Shown one piece after another: positions 19,761-29,703 of a DNA stretch of 64,000 nt. Position numbers and translations under genes: made by a program. Location: positions 45,184-109,183 of the forward strand of contig JASLZZ010000129.1 in the NCBI GenBank assembly GCA_030754595.1, written 5' to 3'. Source of the stretch: Nitrospinota bacterium (lineage in GTDB: Bacteria > UBA8248). Below the pieces are notes generated by a model that saw nothing but the letters and a program-made list of their open reading frames with translations, had not been told where the DNA came from and made no database searches. Position 1 is the first letter of the stretch. Each line of letters opens with the position of its first letter.

Positions 19761-20949
19761 TTACTCTCCCGATTGTTTCATCTCCTTCTCGGGATCGGTG
19801 ACGGTGAAGGCGAAGATAAGCGCCACGACAACCAACAACATCGCGATGATGTCGAGAGAGTGTGCATAGCTCATCCGGGCGATGAGGAATCCCGCGACGA
19901 TGGGCCCCGCCGATTCGCCGATATCCCAGATCGTGCCAAAGACGCCCATGGCCGCCCCCATGCGGCCCGCCTTGACGAGATCCGCCACAAGGGCCGTGGT
20001 GACGGGGTGACCGAAGCCACACCGAGCCCAAGAAGGGCAGAAGAAATAATCAGAAATTGAAAACTATCTCCGCGGAAGGTGACGGGAAGGGAGCCGGCGC
20101 ACAGAAGAAGGCCGATGATGATCACGGGCTTGCGCCCGACCCGGTCCGAGGACCATCCCGCGAGCGGCTTCGCCGCCATGGCAGTCGCGGGCTGCGCCCC
20201 GAGGACAATTCCGATCTGGGCGTCGTTGAGCGAGGCCGCCTTGGCGTAAATCGGAATAAACCCGAGGAAAGTGCCGTATCCCACGTACATGACGGCTTCG
20301 AGGCCCGAGGCGATGACCACCGGCGGGCTGGACAGGACCTCCATGATTCCGTCGCGAAACTTTTTCCAGCGGGTATCCGCGACGGATGCGCTCCGCTCTT
20401 CGGCAGCGGGAGGCTCGGGCAGAAACACGAGGGCCAGCAAAGTAATGACCCCCAAAACCCCCACCAGGAGGTAGGTGGCGCTGTAGCTCGCCGTGTAGAA
20501 CAAAACCGTCCCGCCTGCGAGCGGGCCCACCGTAGAGCCGACATCGTTCGCGGATGCGTACCAGCCCAGTTTGACCCCTCTCCCCTCTTCGGCGAGATCC
20601 GCGATATAGGCCGCCGCCACCGGAGAAAAGTTAGCGGTGGCGAAGCCATGCAGGAAACGCAGCAGGAGAAGAGAAATCGGACCGGTTACAAATGGATACA
20701 TGAAGGGCGGAAACGCGAAGAAAAAGCACCCCAGCAGCATCATCCGTTTTTTCCCGATTACATCGGAGAGCGCTCCGGCGGGAAGTTTGACGAAAATGCC
20801 GTGATCGTTGAAGCTGCGACAATGACTCCCAGAAGTTCCGGCGATGCCCCCAGGTCCTGTGCGAATCGGGGAAGGATGGGGCTTCTGGCCATCTGATAGC
20901 CCAGACGGGACAGCATCGAAGCAATAACGACCGCCATGAACGCGTTCAT
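19761..20949 (-). pseudogene. MFS transporter split by two -1 frameshifts
   Basis: Three consecutive ORF pieces (20758-20949, 19871-20743, 19761-19988). Restoring one base near 20800 and one near 20005 gives TITGIFVKLPAGALSDVIGKK and SVTPVTTALVADL, with MFS motif A in both halves. Confidence 0.85.
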
Positions 20950-21130
20950 CGGCTATCTCCCCCGATTATTGCCTTCACGAAAAAGCGCCGCGCTCATTCT
21001 TCGGGCTCGTGGTTCGGCATATGCGCCCACCGGGCGCTCTCCGGCGGCGGGCAAGAGGAAGGATTTACCGGTTGAATTATAAACCGTAGTCGGTCTGAAT
21101 GGAGGAAAAATCAAGGACCCGAATGGACCC

Positions 21131-21628
21131 TCATTTAAGAATTGCCTTAATGGCCTCTTTCATCTCACCTTCCACTTTCTTCATTTTCTCGGGCGCCATA
21201 TAGGGGTCGATCGATCCGTACAACATGAAAGAACTCGCCGCCCGCATGCTCGTCCTCAGGTCCGCCTGCAGGAGAAAAGTGGAAGAAAACGCGGTCACCA
21301 AGCAGACGGCGAACCAGGCCGCGTACATTTTGATTTCCCTTGCCTTGTTCTGCAGAAGAATACGCTCCATTCCACTTTCCCTCCCGCGACCCCTCCGACC
21401 CCCGCCGCGCGACCGCCTTCTCCGGTCTCCGCCGGAGCGGGGCCTTTCCTCTCTCCCGTGGCTTGCCCTCATCGTCCGGATGATACTGACGGCCACGAAG
21501 GTCATGAATATTCCGTACACATTCACGGAGATATCCTTCCAGAGATATCCATGAACGAGGGTCATCCCGTTGACCGAAAAGCTGATCAAAAGGCCGATGA
21601 AACCAATAAAGAGGTAAGCCATTTCCAT
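21131..21628 (-). CDS. Hypothetical membrane protein with an R/G-rich loop
   Basis: Three hydrophobic segments; AT-rich upstream region. Start uncertain. Confidence 0.55.
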   Translation of the reverse strand: MEMAYLFIGFIGLLISFSVNGMTLVHGYLWKDISVNVYGIFMTFVAVSIIRTMRASHGREERPRSGGDRRRRSRGGGRRGRGRESGMERILLQNKAREIKMYAAWFAVCLVTAFSSTFLLQADLRTSMRAASSFMLYGSIDPYMAPEKMKKVEGEMKEAIKAILK

Positions 21629-22056
21629 ACTCCAATTTACCACGGTGCCGAGGAGTTCAAGGAGCAGGCGGGTGCGGTGGCGACAAAAAATTCTTACAGA
21701 AATTTGAAATGCAGGATCTAATGAAGGAAAGATACAGCACATGGAGTTATTAGTAAAGTATTATTGCTGTTATTATTTATTGTATACATAAATTTTATTC
21801 TCTTAATACTGCACTCCGAATTCCAGGGGCCTTTAGAAATCAAAGTTAATCTAACAGTATGCGGTAAATAAAATAAAAAGAGGCCGGAATCTCCGTAACC
21901 ACATGATATGATCCGCCGAAATTGCCCAGGCGAGAGAACCTCAGATGCTCGGAGATGGTGGCAGCCAAAAAGAGGCCCTGCGGGCGGGGCGGGCGAGAGA
22001 GGCACGGGCGGACACGGACCCTGCGAGCGGCGACACCCTGCCCGGAGGGCCGGCTA

Positions 22057-23142
22057 TTATTTCGCCATCTTCCGTCCGTGCGCCCGGTGATAGGGGTCGG
22101 GGACGTAAGCCAGCTCTTTTTTCGAGAGCGCGGCGGCGGCGTTTTGGGGCCAGTAGGGGTCCCGGAGCATCTCGCGCGCGAGGAGAACCATGTCGGCCTG
22201 ACCGTTCCGGATGATCTGATCGGCCTGGTAGGCCTCGGTAATCATCCCCACCGCCGCGGTGGGAACCCCGGCCTCCCGGCGGACGGCCTCGGCGAAGGGC
22301 ACCTGATAACCCGCCCCGACGGGAATCTTGGCCAGCGGGGTTCCGCCGCCTCCGCTGCAGTCGATGAGGTCCACTCCTTCATCCCGGAGGATTTTCGAGA
22401 GTTCGACCGTCTCCTCGAGGGTCCAGCCCCCCTCGGCCCAGTCGGTCGAGGAGACGCGGACGGACATGGGCTTATCCTCGGGCCACTCGGCCCGGACGGT
22501 GCGCACGGTGTCCACCGTGAAGCGGACGCGGTTCTCGAAGCTGCCGCCGTAGTTGTCGGTCCGCTGGTTCGATATCGGCGAGTGGAAGCTGTGCATCAGG
22601 TAGCCGTGGGCGGCGTGGACCTCGAGCCAGTCGAAGCCCGCCGCGATCGCGCGCCGGGCGGTCGCCCGGAATGCCTCCTGGATCTCAGCGATGTCGTCCG
22701 GCGTGAGCTCCCGGGGGACCGGCGCCTTGTCGTGAAAAGGAACCGGACTGGGTCCCACGATCTCCCATCCCCCCCCCTCGGCCAATAGGTAGTCGCCGCC
22801 CACCCAGGGCTGGTCGGAGCTGGCCTTGCGGCCCGCGTGGCCGAGCTGGAGGGCCGGTACCGCGCCCTGATCGCGCATGAAGCGGACAATGCGCGCCAGC
22901 GGCTCGACCTGATCGTCCGTCCAGAGGCCCAGGCACCCGGGCGTGATGCGCCCCTCGGGCACAACCCCGGTTGCCTCGACCATGACGAGCCCCGCGCCGC
23001 CCGCCGCCCGCGCCCCGAGATGAACGAGGTGCCAGTCACTGGCCATGCCGTCCTCGGCGACGTATTGGCACATGGGCGACACCCCGATCCGGTTGCGGAG
23101 GGTCACACCCCGAAGCGTGAGCTCATCGAATAAATGCGGCAT
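22057..23142 (-). CDS. NADH:flavin oxidoreductase (Old Yellow Enzyme, YqjM/NamA-like)
   Basis: SPMCQY, QLGHAGRKAS, HAAHGYL, NQRTDNYGGSFENR and LRDPYWP. Confidence 0.95.
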   Translation of the reverse strand: MPHLFDELTLRGVTLRNRIGVSPMCQYVAEDGMASDWHLVHLGARAAGGAGLVMVEATGVVPEGRITPGCLGLWTDDQVEPLARIVRFMRDQGAVPALQLGHAGRKASSDQPWVGGDYLLAEGGGWEIVGPSPVPFHDKAPVPRELTPDDIAEIQEAFRATARRAIAAGFDWLEVHAAHGYLMHSFHSPISNQRTDNYGGSFENRVRFTVDTVRTVRAEWPEDKPMSVRVSSTDWAEGGWTLEETVELSKILRDEGVDLIDCSGGGGTPLAKIPVGAGYQVPFAEAVRREAGVPTAAVGMITEAYQADQIIRNGQADMVLLAREMLRDPYWPQNAAAALSKKELAYVPDPYHRAHGRKMAK

Positions 23143-23181
23143 TTTTCTGTCCTCTTGGATGATGGAGAAATGATTTTCAGC

Positions 23182-23213
23182 AAAAAGGCCCGGAGCGGAA
23201 TTCGCCCCGGGCC
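23182..23213 (-). terminator. Intrinsic terminator after the SDR gene
   Basis: GGCCCGGGGCG-aattc-CGCTCCGGGCC followed by TTTTT on the minus strand. Confidence 0.65.
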
Positions 23214-23228
23214 GGGGGAAGAATAAAC

Positions 23229-24017
23229 TTACGGCGTGCCGCGGCGGCCGCCGCCGTCCATGTAGATGGAGCTTCCGAACGAATAGGAATTCGCCTCAGA
23301 CGCCAGAAACGTCACCATCCGGCCCACTTCCTCGGGCTCGCCTATCCGGCCCGCCGGAATCTTTGAGCCCCGCTCTTTCAAGACCTCCTCGACGTCCTTG
23401 CCCTGCTTGTCGGCCTGGCCCTGGGCCAGATCGCGCGCACGCTGGGTGTTCGTCGCGCCGGGGCAGATAGTGTTGACGATGATGCCGTCGCCCGCCACCG
23501 CGTCCGAAAGGCCCCGCGAGATATTCAGCACTGTGATGTTGGCGAGGCTGGTGGGGATGTTGGCCCGAGTCGGGTTCGCCCCAGCGCCGCCGGCGATGTT
23601 GATGATCCGGCCCCAGCTGTTTTTCTGCATGTGGGGAATGACGAGCTTTGAGAGCCGGATATAGCCGTAGGTTTTCAGGCTAAGCGCATCGGTGAACAGA
23701 TCAACATCGATATCGAGAATGTCGCCACCCTTGGCCGCCCCGGCGCAATTGACGAGGATGTCCACACCGCCGAATTTCCCGGCGGCCGCGTCCACCACCT
23801 TTTTGCACTCATCGAGCGTGGTCAGATCGGCGGAGACCGACATGCCCTCCCCGCCCGCGGCGTTGATGTCGGCGACCGCCTTTTCGAGGAGCCCCTCATC
23901 GCGCGCCGTCACGCAGACCCGCGCGCCCTCACCCGCCAGCTCAATCGCACACTCGCGGCCGATGCCCCGGCTGGCGCCGGTGACGATGGCTCGCTTTCCC
24001 TTCAATCCCACATCCAT
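23229..24017 (-). CDS. Short-chain dehydrogenase/reductase
   Basis: TGASRGIG, DILVNCAG and VNTICPG; no canonical YxxxK seen. Confidence 0.9.
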   Translation of the reverse strand: MDVGLKGKRAIVTGASRGIGRECAIELAGEGARVCVTARDEGLLEKAVADINAAGGEGMSVSADLTTLDECKKVVDAAAGKFGGVDILVNCAGAAKGGDILDIDVDLFTDALSLKTYGYIRLSKLVIPHMQKNSWGRIINIAGGAGANPTRANIPTSLANITVLNISRGLSDAVAGDGIIVNTICPGATNTQRARDLAQGQADKQGKDVEEVLKERGSKIPAGRIGEPEEVGRMVTFLASEANSYSFGSSIYMDGGGRRGTP

Positions 24018-24234
24018 TTCATGCTCCTTTCAAAATACGAATGACGAAAATCGTCAAATAATGCGAACGCAACGGCTCCGGAAGCAACAGCCCGCTTCCT
24101 CCCGCTTCCTCCCGTTTCCCCCCTTTTTTAGGTGACCCCCTATATAACGCCATTTCGGCTTCCCGCCAAGGCGAGACCGGGCTCCTCAAATATGGTATTC
24201 CTTCAGGCTCCACCTGCCGGAAAGGGAGAGTTTC

Positions 24235-25284
24235 ATGGCGGATATCACTGTCGGCGCCGATGCGCTCCACGACTTTTTGACCCGCGCCTACGAGGGCCTC
24301 GGGCTTCCCCGGGAGGACGCGATCCGCTGCGCCGCCCAGATGGTGGACGCCGAACTCCGGGGGGTGGCCTCTCACGGCTGCGTGCGATTCCCGGTCTTCG
24401 CCGACCGCCTCCGGCGGGGGACCGCCAACCCAAGGCCGAGCGTCCGGACGATCACCGACCATCCGGCCTACTCCCTCCTGGACGGAGACTTGGGGATGAG
24501 CGCCGTCGTGGGGAGCCGGGCGATGGAGGTGGCCATGAGGAAGGCCGCCGCCGCCGGCATCGGGGCCTGCGCGCTCAGGCGCTCTTCGCACACCGGCCAC
24601 GTCGGCTACCTCGCCGCCCTCGCCCTCCAAAAGGAAATGATCGGAATCGTCATCAGCGGAGCGGCAGGAAACCTCGCCCCCTGGGGCGGAGCCGACCGCC
24701 TGATCGGGAACAACCCCGTCGCCTTCGCCGTCCCCTCGAACCAGGAGTTTCCAATAATTTTCGACATGGCGACCTCGAAGGTGGCACGGGGCTATGTCCT
24801 CCTCGCCGCGCGGGCGGGCGAGCCGATCCCCGAGGGCTGGGCGCTCGACCCGGAGGGCAACCCGACCACCGACGCCGCGCTCGGCTCGAAGGGGACGATG
24901 CTCCCGCTGGGCGGCTACAAGGGCTACGGCCTGGCCCTGATGTTCAGTTTCCTGACGGCGGCGCTCTCGGGAAACGGATTCGACGCCGAGCAGCCCGACT
25001 GGCTCGACGCCGATCACACCTTCGCCCTCCCCCTGCTCGCCATCGCCATCGACCCTGGCCGCTGCCTCGGCGGCGACTACCAGGCGGCGGTGGACGACGC
25101 CGTGTGCCAGGTGAAGGCCTCGCGTCTCGCGCCAGGCTTCGATGAGATACGGATTCCCGGCGAGGGCGCCCACCGCCGGTACGCCGCCGCGCTTGAGAGC
25201 GGCGTCGCCATCAAGGAAGCCGTCTTCGGCGATCTGAATCGTATCGCCGCCGAGGTGGACGCGACGCCCCTTGCCGCCTCGTGA
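24235..25284 (+). CDS. Ldh_2 family oxidoreductase
   Basis: AELRGVASHG, GNNPVA, FDMATS and GYKGYGL. Confidence 0.92.
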   Translation: MADITVGADALHDFLTRAYEGLGLPREDAIRCAAQMVDAELRGVASHGCVRFPVFADRLRRGTANPRPSVRTITDHPAYSLLDGDLGMSAVVGSRAMEVAMRKAAAAGIGACALRRSSHTGHVGYLAALALQKEMIGIVISGAAGNLAPWGGADRLIGNNPVAFAVPSNQEFPIIFDMATSKVARGYVLLAARAGEPIPEGWALDPEGNPTTDAALGSKGTMLPLGGYKGYGLALMFSFLTAALSGNGFDAEQPDWLDADHTFALPLLAIAIDPGRCLGGDYQAAVDDAVCQVKASRLAPGFDEIRIPGEGAHRRYAAALESGVAIKEAVFGDLNRIAAEVDATPLAAS

Positions 25285-25469
25285 TCGTTTCTCACGGCCG
25301 GCCGAGCCCCGGTGCGCCGCCTGGTGAAATATCGAAAGCATCCCATTCCTTGAAACCGCCGCCTTCGTTGCTGTAATGTAGGGGCGGCTTCAAAATCCAT
25401 TCATCCCGATGAGCCCGGCCAATCACTCGCGGCCCAGGCGAATTTCATCACTTTCACCGGAGGTTTGCT

Positions 25470-25769
25470 GTGGCTAAAGTCGCCATGATGATCGACAAGA
25501 CGGACCACGTCGCCACCTGCATCGCCCCGCTCAGGCGCGGGGAGACGGTCGAGCTCATGCTCAGCGGCCGGAAGCGGAAGAAAATCAAGGCCAAACAGAG
25601 CATCCCCTTTGCCCACAAGATCTGCGTCAAGGCGATGAAGAAGGGCGATCAGTGCCTCAAGTACGGCCTCTCGATCGGCTCGGCCACCAAGGAGATCAAG
25701 GTAGGCGACTACATTCACGTACACAACATCGAAAGCAACCGGGGCCGCGGCGACCTCGAGAATAACTAA
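25470..25769 (+). CDS. SAF-domain small subunit of a UxaA-family dehydratase/lyase (SuyA-like)
   Basis: DHVAT, IPFAHKI, KYGLSIG and GDYIHVHNIES. Confidence 0.88.
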   Translation: MAKVAMMIDKTDHVATCIAPLRRGETVELMLSGRKRKKIKAKQSIPFAHKICVKAMKKGDQCLKYGLSIGSATKEIKVGDYIHVHNIESNRGRGDLENN

Positions 25770-25782
25770 GGAGAGCGTTTCC

Positions 25783-26982
25783 ATGGCCAGAAGAAAAAAA
25801 CCGGTTCCCCGGCCCATAAAAACCTGGTTCGGGTTCCCGCGCGAGAACGGCGACGTCGGCGCGCGCAACTACCTCCTCGTCCTGAGCGGCACGCTTTACG
25901 CCAATCCCACCTGCGAGCGCGTCGCCCGCACCCTCCGGCACAGCGTCTCCATCACCCACCCGCTGGGCCGGTGCCAGATCGCACCCGACCTCAAGCGCAC
26001 CTTCGACACCCTCGTCGCCCACGGCCAGAACGCCAACGCCGGAGCCGTCCTCGTCATCGACCACCACCGCGAGGAGGGCTGCACCGCCGAGGAGATCGCC
26101 CACGAGATCGCCAAGTCGGGCAAGCGCGTCGAGGCGCTCAACATCCGTCTCGGCGGCGGGGCCATTGAAGTCACCGCCCAGGCCACCCGCATCGGCGTGG
26201 AGATGATCAGGGAACTCACCAACGAGCGCCGGCAGGAGGTGCCCGTCTCGAAACTCCTCCTCGGACTCAACTGCGGCACCTCGGACACGACCTCGGGCAT
26301 CTCGCACAATAAAGCAACCGGCTGGGTCACCGATCAGGTCATCAAGCTCGGCGGCCGGGCCCTTCTCGCCGAGACGACCGAGATGATGGGCGGCGAGGAT
26401 GTCCTCGCGGACAAGTGCGTGCGCCCGGCGCTGGGCAAGAGGATATGGGCGATGGTCAACAAGATGGAGGCAGATATCCTCGCCTGCGGGGTCGATCTGC
26501 GCGGGAGCCAGCCCACCGGCGACAACATGGAGGGCGGCCTGACCACCATCGAGGAGAAATCCCTCGGCGCGATCCAGAAGGCGGGCACGGCCCCCATCGT
26601 GGACGTGATTCCCTACTCCGTCCGAGCGAAAAGGACCCCCGGTCTCCACGTCATGGACACCCCCGGCCACGGCGGCGAGTCCATCACCGGCATCGCCGGC
26701 GGCGGGGCGCAGGTCCTGATCTTCTCGACGGGCGGCGGCCACACCATCAACCACCCGCTGATGAGCACGCTGCGCATCACGGGCAACCCGGTTTCGGCCG
26801 AGCTTCAGCGCGACACCCTCGATGTCGATGTCTCCGACATCTTCACCGGAACGCCCATCGAGGTGGCCGGCCGGCGCGTCTACAACGAGGTGATCGACAT
26901 CGCCAGCGGCAAGATGACCAAGGCCGAAATCCTCCACGAGGACAACGCCTTCGCCATCACCCGCACCGGGCCCAGCGTCTAG
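25783..26982 (+). CDS. UxaA/GarD-family dehydratase large subunit (SuyB-like)
   Basis: GARNY, CGTSDTTSG, ETTE, GGLTTIEEKSLG, MDTPG and FSTG. Confidence 0.9.
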   Translation: MARRKKPVPRPIKTWFGFPRENGDVGARNYLLVLSGTLYANPTCERVARTLRHSVSITHPLGRCQIAPDLKRTFDTLVAHGQNANAGAVLVIDHHREEGCTAEEIAHEIAKSGKRVEALNIRLGGGAIEVTAQATRIGVEMIRELTNERRQEVPVSKLLLGLNCGTSDTTSGISHNKATGWVTDQVIKLGGRALLAETTEMMGGEDVLADKCVRPALGKRIWAMVNKMEADILACGVDLRGSQPTGDNMEGGLTTIEEKSLGAIQKAGTAPIVDVIPYSVRAKRTPGLHVMDTPGHGGESITGIAGGGAQVLIFSTGGGHTINHPLMSTLRITGNPVSAELQRDTLDVDVSDIFTGTPIEVAGRRVYNEVIDIASGKMTKAEILHEDNAFAITRTGPSV

Positions 26983-27011
26983 CGGGCGGCGGGCGCGGCG
27001 GGCGCGGCGGA

Positions 27012-27593
27012 ATGCCGCTCATCACCTACGCCGAGGCGGTGGCCCGCATCGCCGGGGAGGAGCGCGGCGCGGGATGGCTCGCCCACTGCGAGCGCGAGGG
27101 AATCTTTCAGCTCCCGACCGCCGAGTGGGCCGACGCCATCGCCGGCACCATCGCCCCCATCGGAGCGGAGCGGCCCCTCGAGGTGGGCGCGGGCTCGGGC
27201 GTATTCGGCCGGGCGCTGATCGAGCGCGGCGTTTCAATCCGTCTCACCGATCCGGCGGGGGCGGGGGATGTCGAGCCCTTGGGCGTGGCGGAGGCGCTTG
27301 AGCGACACAGACCCGACCTGGTTCTTTCCTGCTGGCTTCCCATCGACCTGGGCGCGGAGAAAATCATCTTCGCGCACCCGGAGGTGCGCTGGTATCTGGC
27401 GGTCGTTCAGACGGGACCGAGATTCACGGGGAGCGAGGCGCTCTGGGCCGATCACGGCTGGCGCTCCAGGCGAATCGAGGCGGCCGACCGCTGGTCCGTC
27501 TCCCGGAGCGATTTTCTCTCCGGGGTGGACCGGGGCGAGCACGTCCACCACGGCGCGGCGTTTCTATTCGAGCGAACTAATTACCATAATTAA
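27012..27593 (+). CDS. Hypothetical protein with SAM-binding-like motif
   Basis: From ATG 27012; LEVGAGSG resembles motif I of class I methyltransferases; DLVLSCW. Confidence 0.6.
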   Translation: MPLITYAEAVARIAGEERGAGWLAHCEREGIFQLPTAEWADAIAGTIAPIGAERPLEVGAGSGVFGRALIERGVSIRLTDPAGAGDVEPLGVAEALERHRPDLVLSCWLPIDLGAEKIIFAHPEVRWYLAVVQTGPRFTGSEALWADHGWRSRRIEAADRWSVSRSDFLSGVDRGEHVHHGAAFLFERTNYHN

Positions 27594-27638
27594 AATAATA
27601 TCAAATATATATACGCTATAGTCTAGAAAGGACATCGC

Positions 27639-28688
27639 ATGAGCCAGCTCGTCATGGCGGATGAACTCAGACGCTTCGTCACGGAAGTATTCCTCGACAC
27701 GGGCATGCCCGAGGCGGACGCGGCCTGGACCGCCGAAACCCTCGTTCAGGCCGAATTGCGCGGCACCTCGAGCCACGGCGTTATCCGCATCCCCGACTAC
27801 GCGAATCGGCTCAAGACCGGGGCCAACAACCCTGTCCCCGGCATCAAGATCGTCAAGGACGCGGGGGCGCTCGCCCTCATGGACGGCGACAACGGCATGG
27901 GCCAGGTCGTCTCCAAGCGCGGGATGGAGGAATGCCTCGACCGCGCCGGGAAGCACAACGTGGGCGTCGTCATCATGCAGCGAAGCAACCACTTCGGCGC
28001 GGCCGGCATCTTCGCCGCCCTCGCGCTGGACCGAGGCATGGTCGGCCTCGTCACGACGAACACCGTGAGGGTGATCGCCCCCTTCGGCGGCAAGGAAAAA
28101 CAAATCGGGAACAATCCGGTCTCCATCGCCGTGCCCGGCGACCCGCCCATCGTGCTCGACATGGCGCTCAGCACCGTGGCGCGCGGATATGTCCTCCAGG
28201 CGCTCAAGGCGGGAAAACCCATCCCCGAGGGCTGGGGGGTGGACAGCGAGGGCGAACCCACCACCGACCCCGACGAAGTCATCCAAACGGGCTCGCTCAC
28301 CGCGGTTGGCGGATACAAGGGCGTCGGCCTATCGGTCGCCATCGATGCCATCCTGGGCTCGGTGACGGGCGGCGCGCACAGCCGCAACGTCGTCGGCATC
28401 ATGAACCCGGTGGAACCGGGCAACGTCACCCACGTTTTCGCCGCCCTCCGCATCGAGGCCCTGCTTCCCCTGGCCGAATTCAGTGCCGCCGTGAACGCGC
28501 TTGGCGCCTTCCTCCGGGCCTCGCCGAAGGCGGCCGGGGTCGAGCGCATCTGGATGCCGGGCGAGATCGAGCATGAGAGCGAAAAGGAGCGAATCGAAGG
28601 CGGCATCCCTCTCCTCCCCGAGCGCTATGCCGAACTCGCCGAGCTGGCCGAAAAAATCGGCATCCCCGAGTTGGAAACCCGTTCATGA
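27639..28688 (+). CDS. Ldh_2 family oxidoreductase
   Basis: AELRGTSSHG, SNHFG, GNNPVS, LDMA and GYKG. Confidence 0.92.
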   Translation: MSQLVMADELRRFVTEVFLDTGMPEADAAWTAETLVQAELRGTSSHGVIRIPDYANRLKTGANNPVPGIKIVKDAGALALMDGDNGMGQVVSKRGMEECLDRAGKHNVGVVIMQRSNHFGAAGIFAALALDRGMVGLVTTNTVRVIAPFGGKEKQIGNNPVSIAVPGDPPIVLDMALSTVARGYVLQALKAGKPIPEGWGVDSEGEPTTDPDEVIQTGSLTAVGGYKGVGLSVAIDAILGSVTGGAHSRNVVGIMNPVEPGNVTHVFAALRIEALLPLAEFSAAVNALGAFLRASPKAAGVERIWMPGEIEHESEKERIEGGIPLLPERYAELAELAEKIGIPELETRS

Positions 28689-29644
28689 GCGCATCCTCCG
28701 AGACGCCGCCCCCAACGCCATCCGAGACACTGGCCGCCATCGCCGCGCAGTTCGCCCGGGGGGCGGGTGAAATCCTGCTCGGCCTCTTCGGAAAACGCGT
28801 CGAGGTGGACTACAAGAACAAGGCGAAGACCGACCCCGTCAGCGAGGCCGACACGGCGAGCCAAGAATTTCTGACGAAAGCCATCGCCGCGAAATTTCCC
28901 TGCCACGGCGTCTTCGGCGAGGAAAAACCCAAGGACAAGGACGAGGCCCGGCGCGAGGGCGAGCGCGAGGTGCCCGATTATCTGTGGGTGCTCGACCCCC
29001 TGGACGGGACGAAAAATTTCCTGAACGGCCTGCCGATCTGGGGGTGTTCGGTCGGGGTGCTTTTGAGGGGGCGGCCCGTCGCGGGCGCGGTCTTCACCCC
29101 GGAACCGGGACCGGACGGCGGCGGGACGATTTACCGCGCCTCGGAGGGCGGCGGCGCCTTCCGCGACGGCCATCCCATCCGGGTCGCCGGCGACGAGCAG
29201 CCCACCGGCAAGCGCATCGCCAGCCTGCCCGGCTCCCACTGGACCCAGTTCCGCCCGACGGGGCCGCTTAAATCGGGCCTCGGGGAAGTGCGGGCTCCCG
29301 GCTCGATGGCCTACGAGCTCGCCCTCGTCGCCCGGGGAGGGCTCCACTACGCGCTGTTCGGGGCGCCGAGCATCTGGGACGTCGCGGCCGGGGTCCTCAT
29401 CGTCCGGGAGGCGGGAGGGACGCCCCTCGTCCGCCGCGACGGAACCGACCGGTGGGAGACGCTCGAGAGTTTTTTCCCGCCCGAGAGACTGCCCAAAAAC
29501 ATCGACGCCGCCCGGAGGTGGCGGCGCTCTCTGCTCGCGGGGAATCCGGCGCTGTGCAAATTCATCTCGGCCAACATCCGGAAAGTGAACCGCCCCCGGC
29601 TCTGGGCTGACAAACGCTGGACCGGGAATCGCCCGAGGGGGTGA
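28685..29644 (+). CDS. Inositol monophosphatase family protein
   Basis: VSEAD, GEE, WVLDPLDGTKNF and WDVAAG; ATGA overlap with the upstream gene. Confidence 0.92.
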   Translation: MSASSETPPPTPSETLAAIAAQFARGAGEILLGLFGKRVEVDYKNKAKTDPVSEADTASQEFLTKAIAAKFPCHGVFGEEKPKDKDEARREGEREVPDYLWVLDPLDGTKNFLNGLPIWGCSVGVLLRGRPVAGAVFTPEPGPDGGGTIYRASEGGGAFRDGHPIRVAGDEQPTGKRIASLPGSHWTQFRPTGPLKSGLGEVRAPGSMAYELALVARGGLHYALFGAPSIWDVAAGVLIVREAGGTPLVRRDGTDRWETLESFFPPERLPKNIDAARRWRRSLLAGNPALCKFISANIRKVNRPRLWADKRWTGNRPRG

Positions 29645-29703
29645 GGGGCGCGGCGGAAAATTCTCGTCTCCTCACCTCCCCGGCCCTCACTACCCTAGCG
29701 CCT

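Noticed and set aside
26415..27011. First half of the 392-aa ORF
   Set aside because: Off-frame overlap with the UxaA-like gene; only the part from ATG 27012 looks coding.
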